A stretch of 32,000 nt of DNA from Candidatus Saccharimonadota bacterium (GTDB lineage Bacteria > Patescibacteriota > Gracilibacteria > UBA1369 > 2-02-FULL-48-14). The DNA lies in assembly GCA_965230905.1 (NCBI GenBank), contig OZ246396.1, positions 1,260,001-1,292,000 of the forward strand, written 5' to 3'. The position numbers were made by a program, and so were the translations under genes. Below are positions 18,416-25,772 of this stretch, piece by piece. Below the pieces are notes generated by a model that had not been told where the DNA came from, made no database searches, and worked only from the letters and a program-made list of their open reading frames with translations. The stretch's first letter is position 1, and each line of letters starts with the position of its first letter.

Positions 18416-18444
18416 ATTTTAGGTGGGTTTCGCCCTTTTTGCAA
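18416..18444 (-). promoter_or_regulatory. candidate sigma70-type promoter for rpmA (TTGCAA-17 nt-TAAAAT)
   Basis: On the minus strand, TTGCAA sits at 18444-18439 and TAAAAT at 18421-18416 with an exact 17-nt spacer. The -10 element ends about 31 nt upstream of the rpmA ATG. Confidence 0.5.
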
Positions 18445-18488
18445 GTGGATTTGATAAAATGGAAGATTTGTGTAAACTTTGGAAAGCC

Positions 18489-20129
18489 ATGAAGAAACTC
18501 CTCGCTGCAATTCTCTTCGCCCTGCTTGTAACAAGCTCACTGGTATTTGCCTCCAGTTTTTCAGATGTTTCAGGCCACAATAATAAGGAGGCGATTGACT
18601 ACCTTTATGATTTGGGGGTAGTCGAGGGTTACAACGATGGCACTTATCGCCCGAATAACACTATCAATCGGGCGGAGTTTGTTAAAATTTTGACAGAAAT
18701 CGAGTATCCAAACGAAGCAACTGGTGACGGCTGTTTTTCAGATATGAGTTCAGAGTGGTACGTAAAGTACGTTTGTTATGCAGAAAGACATGGAATTGTT
18801 GATGGTTATAGCGATGGGACCTTCCGTCCAGGCAACCAGATCAATCTCGCAGAAGCTTTGAAAATTGTACTCGAAACTTATGAGTTTGATATTTGCACAA
18901 CTTGTTACGAAATTTGGTACGAGTCCTACTACTGGAAAGCCTACCCATTGGGGTTACTCTCCGACATCTCAACAGTCATAAGTCATGAAGTGACTCGAGG
19001 TGAAATGGCGCAGCTGATCTATAACGTAGAAACCTACCTCACCTCAGAATATGAGGATGAGGAATTAACATTCGATGATTCGGTCAATGTAGACTCAATC
19101 CCAAATGTTGCAATCTTAGAGTTTGGTGAAGATGATGAATGTCGTTATTCAAATGGCAATGTTCGTGGTGAATGTGTGGTCGAAAAATTCTACCAAAATC
19201 ACGAAGATAATTATGACATGATTATGGTTATAGATGTTGGTGATTATGAAGGGCAGTATAATGGATGGTCCGGCAATAATGTCCAACGTTATGTGCCCAC
19301 AAATTTAGGTATGGTTGAAGAATGTGGAGAGACCTGCCAGGAGGAATACCCGGAACGTCTACGACATATGCAACAGGCTGGTGATTCCTGGAAAGATTCT
19401 AATGATGTTATTTTTCTACATGAATTGGCACATTACTGGGGAGTAGCCTGGCTTTCTACTGACGAAAGTTGCTACGATGAATCTTTGGTGGAATATACCT
19501 TTGAAAATGGTCATTGGACGGAATTATTCCAGGCAGGCGGAGGCGCAAGTATCATGGCTTATTTAATGAATGAAGTGAGCGAAGGAGATTTAAGTGGCAT
19601 TCAAAAGGGTATGCTAACTGATAATAATGATGGTACGTTCTCCTTTTCTCGTGAAGACAGTCTCCAATTTAATGCGATGGATCTATATGCCATGGGTCTT
19701 ATTGATGAAGAAACTTTAGAGTCAAAGGATATGTATGTTGTTTTATATCCAGAAGAGGTAGGTACTGACCTCTATTCTGGAACCAGATATGATCTAACTT
19801 TGGATGATTTTAAGAATTTATTGTTAGAAAAAGAAACCTGTGAAGATACAGGTCCAGACTATTATTACACTGGTGACGGTAGCCGTATTTTACATGAGTA
19901 CGATAATGGCCAAGAGCTTGCGGAGAACTTCAAAGCTGCGATTGTACTTATAAAAGCGCCTGACCAAGAAATCACTACTTCTGATGCCTTTCAAATCTGT
20001 GAGGCAGTGAACTATAGGTGGCCAGACGCTTGGTACGAAGCCACCGATGAACGGTCTATCGTAGATCTATCTATAGAGGGCTATGTGGATGAAGAGACTT
20101 GTGAAGAAATGTTTGGGTACAATCCCTAA
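18489..20129 (+). CDS. SLH-domain cell-surface protein with C-terminal HExxH putative metallopeptidase region
   Basis: Start placed at the ATG at 18489 ([21 protein letters not shown] signal peptide). Two SLH repeats are present ([45 protein letters not shown]; [45 protein letters not shown]). They are followed by a very acidic Cys-containing region with [10 protein letters not shown]. Confidence 0.85.
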   Translation: MKKLLAAILFALLVTSSLVFASSFSDVSGHNNKEAIDYLYDLGVVEGYNDGTYRPNNTINRAEFVKILTEIEYPNEATGDGCFSDMSSEWYVKYVCYAERHGIVDGYSDGTFRPGNQINLAEALKIVLETYEFDICTTCYEIWYESYYWKAYPLGLLSDISTVISHEVTRGEMAQLIYNVETYLTSEYEDEELTFDDSVNVDSIPNVAILEFGEDDECRYSNGNVRGECVVEKFYQNHEDNYDMIMVIDVGDYEGQYNGWSGNNVQRYVPTNLGMVEECGETCQEEYPERLRHMQQAGDSWKDSNDVIFLHELAHYWGVAWLSTDESCYDESLVEYTFENGHWTELFQAGGGASIMAYLMNEVSEGDLSGIQKGMLTDNNDGTFSFSREDSLQFNAMDLYAMGLIDEETLESKDMYVVLYPEEVGTDLYSGTRYDLTLDDFKNLLLEKETCEDTGPDYYYTGDGSRILHEYDNGQELAENFKAAIVLIKAPDQEITTSDAFQICEAVNYRWPDAWYEATDERSIVDLSIEGYVDEETCEEMFGYNP

Positions 20130-20139
20130 GTTTTGATCC

Positions 20140-21213
20140 ATGGACTTCACGCCCCAGGAACGGAGTGAAATAGCAGAGCGGCTTTTAGCGTGGTTTGGGG
20201 CCAATCAACGTCCCCTGCCCTGGCGCAAAAACTATGACCCGTATGAGGTTTGGATTTCGGAAATCATGCTGCAGCAAACGCAGGTGGCGACCATGCTGCC
20301 TTACTTTAAGCGTTGGATGAAGGCTTTGCCGAGTATTAAGGCGGTGGCGAAGGCCAAGGAAGACGCGCTTTTGAAACTGTGGGAAGGATTGGGCTACTAC
20401 AGCCGTGTGAAAAATATACAAAAAACCGCGAAAATACTGGTGGCTGAGAACGGCGGTGAGTTTTTCATCAAATATAAGGATATTGTGAAGCTGCCGGGCG
20501 TTGGGCCTTACACCGCCGGCGCCATCTGTAGCATTGCGTTTCAGCAAGATAAACCGGTGGTGGATGGAAATGTGATCCGCGTGCTCGCCCGCCTGGCGGA
20601 TTTTCGTGAGAATGCGCAGTATTTTAAACAAATGTTTTGGGACGAAGCGGAGGAATTGCTCCCCAAGGGCCGAGCTCGGGAATTCAACCAGGCCATGATG
20701 GAGTTCGGCGCGCTGGTCTGCACCAAACTGCCCAAGTGCGAGATCTGTCCGCTGAAGGATTTATGCAAGGCATATAAGGCTGGGACGCAGGATATTCTGC
20801 CGAACAAAGGTCCTTCTAAATCCAAGGTACCGATTCAAGTGGCCATTGCGGTGATTAAAAAAGGCGGCAAGATTTTCATTCAAAAACGGGCGGAAGGTGG
20901 ACTCATGGGAGGACTTTGGGAATTCCCCGGTGGAAAAGTGGAAAATGGCGAGGACTTGGAAAATGCGCTGAAGCGCGAAATTAAGGAGGAGCTGGGCGTA
21001 AAAGTAAAGAATGTGAAGCCTTTTATGCAAATTCAGCACGCTTATACGAAGTATTTAGTGGACTTGCGCTGCTACACCGCAGATTTTGACTCTGGAACGG
21101 TGGTTTTGGGCGCGGCTAGTGAGTTCAAGTGGGTTTTGCCGGGGAAATTAGAAGAGTTCCCCTTCCCGGCAGCGAATGTGAGGTTGATTCAAGGCTTGCT
21201 GAAGAAAGACTAG
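20140..21213 (+). CDS. mutY: A/G-specific adenine DNA glycosylase MutY with canonical Nudix (MutT-like) C-terminal domain
   Basis: HhH-GPD core is present (EIMLQQTQV, LPGVGPYTAGAI, VDGNVIRV). A 4-Cys cluster reads CTKLPKCEICPLKDLC. The C-terminal domain carries LWEFPGGKVENGEDLENALKREIKEELGV. Confidence 0.93.
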   Translation: MDFTPQERSEIAERLLAWFGANQRPLPWRKNYDPYEVWISEIMLQQTQVATMLPYFKRWMKALPSIKAVAKAKEDALLKLWEGLGYYSRVKNIQKTAKILVAENGGEFFIKYKDIVKLPGVGPYTAGAICSIAFQQDKPVVDGNVIRVLARLADFRENAQYFKQMFWDEAEELLPKGRAREFNQAMMEFGALVCTKLPKCEICPLKDLCKAYKAGTQDILPNKGPSKSKVPIQVAIAVIKKGGKIFIQKRAEGGLMGGLWEFPGGKVENGEDLENALKREIKEELGVKVKNVKPFMQIQHAYTKYLVDLRCYTADFDSGTVVLGAASEFKWVLPGKLEEFPFPAANVRLIQGLLKKD

Positions 21214-21365
21214 TCTTGCGATTTGTACCACGAGGGCACTCTGTGCACGTGCACAAAGTCAATACAGGCGGGCTGGAATAGTTGCTTTAACATAACACAT
21301 TCGCTAGACTGTCAAACTTGTGCCTTGCCCATGATCCGGCTCACCTGTTAAAAGGTGCCTCGAGG

Positions 21366-21394
21366 CTTGTAGCTTGGCACAAATTGTGCTATAA
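21366..21394 (+). promoter_or_regulatory. candidate promoter for the M23 peptidase gene (TTGTAG-17 nt-TGcTATAAT)
   Basis: TTGTAG at 21366-21371 and a consensus TATAAT at 21389-21394, preceded by TGc (extended -10-like). The spacer contains the small inverted repeat GCACAA-A-TTGTGC. The ATG lies 18 nt after the -10. Confidence 0.45.
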
Positions 21395-21412
21395 TTATCA
21401 GATAACAAACAG

Positions 21413-22870
21413 ATGAAAAAGTTACTTTCTATCTTTATCGCGTTTGCACTTTGTTTCAGCCCTGTGGCGCTGGCCGACGAAGGACATAACGACGTGCACG
21501 TGGAAACTGAAACGCTCACGCAGGTGGTGGAACAGAGTACTTTGCTGCTCCAGCTCAAGCAAAAACTCGCGCAAATTCAGTATCGTTACACCCTGCTGGA
21601 GGAAAACGTGGAGGACGCCAAGGAAAGTTTGATTGAAATGGACGCGGCGATCAAGAACCTGGAAATGGTGATTGCGAATTTGGACGATCAGATTAAAGAC
21701 AATCAACATCAAGTCACCAGTGTGAAGACGCAAAAGGAACGCAAATCGATGGATATTGCGGATTTGGAGGAAGATGTGCAGATCTTGGAATTGCAGCTGT
21801 CGGATCAAAAGGTGCTCGTGGGCCAGCTCATGACGCTAATTTATGTGAAGCGTGACGTTTATTACGATGCCGATGGTGTGGATCCTGTGAAGGTTTTGGC
21901 GAGTCCGGACAGTGTTTCGCAGACCCTGCAAGACATCACGTATTTGGATTTGATTGAGGCGGAAAACCAAACTCAAATCAATAAAATGACTTCGCTGAGC
22001 ACCGACCTGGCGGACAAGTGGACGGAACTGCGAACGCGAAAAGCCGAGCTCGAAACCTTGGACGCTGAACTGGCCGATGAGCAAGTGAGGCTGATTGGAG
22101 AACGCACGGCTCAGCAGGAACTTTTGGATGAAACACGGGCTGAAAAGGCGGTTTTGGAGAGCATGCTTTCCACCTCCGATGAACGCGGTGAAGACCTTTT
22201 GCGCGACATTAAGATTTACGAAAACAACGTGAAGAGCATGGAGGAAAAATTGGCCAGCATGAATCTGCTGCTTACGCCCGATCAACAAACTACAGTGGCC
22301 CAGATCCAAGCCGATATGGCTGCTGACTTTGACGGCGGCGAAGCGTCTGCCTTTTTGGAACTTGATTGGCCCGTTTCCCCTGCCAGTGGGCTCACGGCTT
22401 TCTTCAATGACAGCGGCTATAAAGAACTATTCGGCGTAGGCCACGGCGCCCTCGACATTCGTGCCAAACAAGGCTCAAACATCTACGCTCCAGCCGACGG
22501 AGTGGTTACCTCGGTGATTTATGACGCGAGTTCCACGCGCTATGCCTACATTCAAATCGCGCACCGCATGGGTGTGATGACCGTGTACGGACACGTTTCC
22601 GCTACCGCGGTTGCCGCCGGTGATTACGTGACGCGTGGCCAACTCATTGGATACACCGGGGCGATGCCGGGCTCGATTGGAGCCGGAGTGCGCACCACCG
22701 GGCCTCACCTCCACTTTGAAGTGTGGCAGGACGGAGTGCGTGTAGACCCGCTCAAATACTTGCCACTGGAAGAAGTGCCGATGGACTCCTTGCCTGAAGA
22801 ATACTTGAACCAAGTTCAAGACGCCCTGGCTGACCAGATCCGGAATATTCAGGATGCGATTGGGCTGTAA
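21413..22870 (+). CDS. M23 family metallopeptidase with long N-terminal coiled coil (EnvC-like murein hydrolase/activator)
   Basis: Signal peptide, then about 280 aa of heptad-like Q/E/L-rich sequence, then a LytM domain (HGALDIRAKQGSNIYAPADGVV...GHVSATAV...GPHLHFEVWQDG). Confidence 0.9.
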   Translation: MKKLLSIFIAFALCFSPVALADEGHNDVHVETETLTQVVEQSTLLLQLKQKLAQIQYRYTLLEENVEDAKESLIEMDAAIKNLEMVIANLDDQIKDNQHQVTSVKTQKERKSMDIADLEEDVQILELQLSDQKVLVGQLMTLIYVKRDVYYDADGVDPVKVLASPDSVSQTLQDITYLDLIEAENQTQINKMTSLSTDLADKWTELRTRKAELETLDAELADEQVRLIGERTAQQELLDETRAEKAVLESMLSTSDERGEDLLRDIKIYENNVKSMEEKLASMNLLLTPDQQTTVAQIQADMAADFDGGEASAFLELDWPVSPASGLTAFFNDSGYKELFGVGHGALDIRAKQGSNIYAPADGVVTSVIYDASSTRYAYIQIAHRMGVMTVYGHVSATAVAAGDYVTRGQLIGYTGAMPGSIGAGVRTTGPHLHFEVWQDGVRVDPLKYLPLEEVPMDSLPEEYLNQVQDALADQIRNIQDAIGL

Positions 22871-22944
22871 GTAAGTGGTTAACTGGGTTGACCATGGAAA
22901 AGCAGTTTGATAAACTCTAGTTACTTTCGGGATTTTCCCGCGAC

Positions 22945-22975
22945 CCCTCCCAGAAATGGGAGGGACCTATTTTTT
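22945..22975 (+). terminator. candidate intrinsic terminator after the M23 gene
   Basis: The stem CCCTCCC (22945-22951) pairs with GGGAGGG (22958-22964) around a 6-nt loop. A T-run at 22970-22975 follows after a 5-nt gap. Confidence 0.5.
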
Positions 22976-23366
22976 ATTGGCAAAGCTTTAGGAAACCTTC
23001 TTTCACTCGAAGGAAATCGGAATCATCAAGTTGCCCTAAATATGAAAGCACCCTTCTGTAATCAATCGAGCGAATTTGATGAAGACAGGCGGACATCTCA
23101 ACTTTCTTTTGCTTAAAATTTACATACCAAGTTTCCTCGTGAATTTGAGTGGTAACTGGAATCACCAGATAAAAACCGTTGGCCACTTTTTTTAGAATAA
23201 TAACTGGACGAGAAAATTTGTTATTTTTCCCATTGATCTCTGCGCCAATATTTTCACCTAAACTCGCCCACCATATTTCACCTTCAGAAACAAAGGGCGG
23301 TTTGTGAATTATTGAATGTAGTTTTTCTTTCATCCCAATCCACTCGAGGAATCTTTTAACATGCAT
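22974..23366 (-). CDS. PemK/MazF family toxin-like protein (130 aa) with about 28-aa N-terminal extension
   Basis: GEIWWASLGENIGAEINGK..FSRPVIILKK...VIPVTTQ...CLHQIRSIDYRRV..LGQLDDSDFLRVKEGF aligns by eye with the MazF/EndoA core (compare EndoA LEQIRTIDKQRL...LDD). Confidence 0.8.
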   Translation of the reverse strand: MHVKRFLEWIGMKEKLHSIIHKPPFVSEGEIWWASLGENIGAEINGKNNKFSRPVIILKKVANGFYLVIPVTTQIHEETWYVNFKQKKVEMSACLHQIRSIDYRRVLSYLGQLDDSDFLRVKEGFLKLCQ

Positions 23367-23504
23367 AGTAAAAATTAGAGTATCTGTAACTCTACAGAAT
23401 TATTTCTGAACCCGGAGGGTCACGAAGTACAAATTCCTGAAATTTTTCTGAATTTTTAAAAAGGACGGATTGGTTTTGCACAAAGCATAAAACATCCGTA
23501 ATGA

Positions 23505-23533
23505 TTGACTTTAAAGGTCAGATTGATTAAATT
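23505..23533 (+). promoter_or_regulatory. candidate promoter for tRNA-Gln (TTGACT-17 nt-TAAATT)
   Basis: TTGACT at 23505-23510 and TAAATT at 23528-23533 with a 17-nt spacer. The tRNA 5' end lies 22 nt downstream. Confidence 0.4.
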
Positions 23534-23554
23534 TTCACCGCTAAGCAGATCCGT

Positions 23555-23629
23555 TGGGGATTCGCCAAGTGGTAAGGCACCGGGTTTTGGTCCCGGCATT
23601 CGGGGGTTCGAATCCCTCATCCCCAGCCA
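23555..23629 (+). tRNA. tRNA-Gln (anticodon TTG) with encoded CCA
   Basis: Acceptor stem is TGGGGAT/ATCCCCA with the U1-A72 pair typical of tRNA-Gln. D region is TCGCCAAGTGGTAAGGCA. Anticodon stem is CCGGG/CCCGG with loop TTTTGGT. T arm is GGGGG-TTCGAAT-CCCTC, followed by discriminator G and CCA. Confidence 0.95.
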
Positions 23630-23718
23630 TTACGGGCAGTTTGAAAGCCTATGACCCACTTTCCTTCGGCTTAAGGAGGGCCGTTTACATAACACCTGTT
23701 TTGCTCTAAGCTTCAACG

Positions 23719-24036
23719 GTGAAAATCTTTAGCTTTCTCATTCTCGGGCTGATCGCGCTCCACACCATTTGCCCTATGCAAATGGATATGAGCCTGATGC
23801 ACCATCAAATACCAGAGACTGCTCAAGAAAACTGCTCTGAAACTCACTGTTTAAGCCATGTAAACAAAGGCGATGAAGTTTTAACATTCTCCAGTCCACT
23901 TTTTCCGATTCCACCAGTTCAAATTACTTATAATACGGTCAGTTCCGTAGTCCCATTTTTTGAAACCCTAAGGTTTCACTCTCCACCAAAGTACCCTCCC
24001 GCCTCTCCAACAAGAAACATTGTTTTTCGATTATAG
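23719..24036 (+). CDS. small exported/membrane-anchored His/Met/Cys-rich protein (105 aa), putative metal-binding
   Basis: A GTG start gives a hydrophobic N-terminus (MKIFSFLILGLIALHTI). This is followed directly by CPMQMDMSLMHHQ and CSETHC, with a Pro-rich tail. It sits 41 nt upstream of the HMA fusion gene on the same strand. Confidence 0.45.
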   Translation: MKIFSFLILGLIALHTICPMQMDMSLMHHQIPETAQENCSETHCLSHVNKGDEVLTFSSPLFPIPPVQITYNTVSSVVPFFETLRFHSPPKYPPASPTRNIVFRL

Positions 24037-24077
24037 AAAATAGTTGAAGTGTTCGTATTCTTAACTCTTTGTTTGTT

Positions 24078-25454
24078 ATGGAAAATAATGACAACTCGAT
24101 CCGCCTTTACGTTCAGGGTATGACCTGTGCGAGCTGCGAACTCATGATCGAAAGGAAACTCAATAAAGTCCCTGGCGTGCTCAAGGTGCATTCTAATCAC
24201 CGCACGGGTTTTACCGTTCTTAAAGTAGATTCTGAGAATCCACCCGCCGTGGAAGCTCTTGAAGCGGCTGTACAGGAAGCTGGATATTCACTAACCAAAA
24301 AATCTGTTAAGGTCCTTGAGGCGAAAAACCAAAAATGGATTGAAATCGGAGGTTCACTGCTTCTTATCTTTGCTCTTTACACTGTTCTGAAGGGCTTTGA
24401 TGTTTTTTCACTCGCCCCATCCGTAGAAGGAGCCAGCACACTGGCGGGTGTGTTTGTGATTGGACTTGTGGCCGGTACTTCCAGTTGTTTAGCCGTGACA
24501 GGAGGTCTGCTGCTTAGCATGGCAGCAAAGCATAACGAAGTGCATCAATACGAGTCCCGTTGGCAGAAACTCAAGCCGCTGCTTTCTTTCAATATTGGCC
24601 GACTTCTCTCCTACTTCTTTTTAGGAGGTTTGGTGGGCATCTTAGGACAATCCATCGCTCTCAGCACGCGCATGACGGGCTACATGAATATTATTATTGC
24701 CCTCGTGATGCTCTTCCTTGCGCTTTCGATCCTGAAAGTTATTCCTAAAGGCAGTTTTCCAATTAAACCGCCCAAAGCACTCTCTCATTGGATTGCGTCG
24801 CTTTCCGAACATGAGCACCCCTTTGCACCCTTTGTTTTAGGAGCACTGACATTCTTCTTGCCGTGTGGATTCACTCAATCCTTACAACTCGCTGCTCTGG
24901 CTTCGGGAAGTTTCATGGAGGGCGCGCTTATGATGTTTGTTTTTGCCCTTGGAACTTTGCCTGCGCTTCTGGGGATCAGTGTGATTTCCTCAACGGCACA
25001 AGGAAGAACGGCTCGATTTTTTCTTCGCTTCTCGGGTTCGTTGGTGCTGCTTCTCGCTCTGCTCAACTTCAAGAGTGGACTCATTTTAACAGGAGTAAAT
25101 GTGGATGGGTTCTTCGGTGGATCTTCTGAAGAGGTGATAGATGAATCTGGCTCCTCCAGTGTGACAGAAGAAGACGGTGTGCAAGTCATCAACATGGATG
25201 TAACCAACTATGGATATTCCCCCTCTTCCTTCACGATTGAAGCCGGTAAGCCAACTATAATCAAAGCGACTATGAATGAAACTATTGGAGGCTGCATCAG
25301 TGTGTTGACTGTGCCAGAGTTTAATTTAGTGACTTACCTTACTCCTGGTGAAAATGAACTTGGTCCAATTGAGAATCCTCAAAATGACTTCCTCATTACT
25401 TGCTCGATGGGAATGTTCACTGCCAACGTGAAAGTCATACCTTCTACTCTCTAA
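24078..25454 (+). CDS. HMA domain - CcdA/DsbD_2 (TauE-annotated) 7-TM domain - cupredoxin_1-like domain fusion protein
   Basis: The ATG at 24078 gives MENNDNSIRLYVQGMTCASC, an HMA GMxCxxC motif. By eye there are about seven hydrophobic helices, with Cys in GTSSCLAV and FFLPCGF. The C-terminal beta-rich domain ends FLITCSMGMFTANVKV, the cupredoxin_1 signature. Confidence 0.85.
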   Translation: MENNDNSIRLYVQGMTCASCELMIERKLNKVPGVLKVHSNHRTGFTVLKVDSENPPAVEALEAAVQEAGYSLTKKSVKVLEAKNQKWIEIGGSLLLIFALYTVLKGFDVFSLAPSVEGASTLAGVFVIGLVAGTSSCLAVTGGLLLSMAAKHNEVHQYESRWQKLKPLLSFNIGRLLSYFFLGGLVGILGQSIALSTRMTGYMNIIIALVMLFLALSILKVIPKGSFPIKPPKALSHWIASLSEHEHPFAPFVLGALTFFLPCGFTQSLQLAALASGSFMEGALMMFVFALGTLPALLGISVISSTAQGRTARFFLRFSGSLVLLLALLNFKSGLILTGVNVDGFFGGSSEEVIDESGSSSVTEEDGVQVINMDVTNYGYSPSSFTIEAGKPTIIKATMNETIGGCISVLTVPEFNLVTYLTPGENELGPIENPQNDFLITCSMGMFTANVKVIPSTL

Positions 25455-25465
25455 AACTGCAAATT

Positions 25466-25675
25466 ATGAAAACCACTCTTTCAATTCCTGGGATGCATTG
25501 TGCCTCTTGCCTACTCCTCGTTAAGGACGTAAGCAGTGAATTCACTGAAATTCAAAATGTCCACGTGGATCTGGAAACCAAGAAGGTGTTTTTAGAACAC
25601 ATGGACGACTTTGACCTGCAAAACTGGATAAGCGAAATTGAAGCTCTAGGAGAGGCTTACAAGGTGCAAGATTAA
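25466..25675 (+). CDS. copZ: copper chaperone CopZ-like HMA protein (69 aa)
   Basis: The ATG at 25466 gives MKTTLSIPGMHCASC, a single ferredoxin-like HMA domain. The track ORF (25400..) includes an upstream extension that overlaps the previous gene. Confidence 0.85.
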   Translation: MKTTLSIPGMHCASCLLLVKDVSSEFTEIQNVHVDLETKKVFLEHMDDFDLQNWISEIEALGEAYKVQD

Positions 25676-25706
25676 AAACAAGAAGCACAGTCCTGCAATG
25701 AGAACC

Positions 25707-25749
25707 CTATACACCCGAAGGTTCTGAATGAGCACCTTCGGGTGTATAG
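25707..25749. terminator. perfect 16-bp inverted repeat (hairpin) between convergent cop operons; possible bidirectional terminator or RNA-stabilising hairpin
   Basis: CTATACACCCGAAGGT (25707-25722) and ACCTTCGGGTGTATAG (25734-25749) flank an 11-nt loop. No U-tract follows on either strand. Confidence 0.5.
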
Positions 25750-25772
25750 CTAACAGAAATTGATGCTGCAGT

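Noticed and set aside
18385-18540. 52-codon upstream extension of the L27 ORF
   Set aside because: L27 has a highly conserved N-terminus (M-x-x-KKAGGS...) that begins at the ATG at 18384. The extension runs across the predicted promoter and into the divergent SLH gene.
21242-21255. Perfect 14-bp palindrome TGTGCACGTGCACA downstream of mutY
   Set aside because: About 32000 x 4^-7, or roughly two, such perfect 14-bp palindromes are expected by chance in a window this size. There is no T-run, so it is not a terminator, and it lies upstream of the predicted M23 promoter. It is noted only as a possible binding site.
21304-21558. 84-aa minus-strand ORF spanning the M23 promoter and 5' end; also the 69-aa plus-strand ORF at 22907-23116 antisense to the MazF-like gene
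   Set aside because: Both overlap better-supported features on the opposite strand and have Cys/Ser-rich or otherwise featureless products with no start context.
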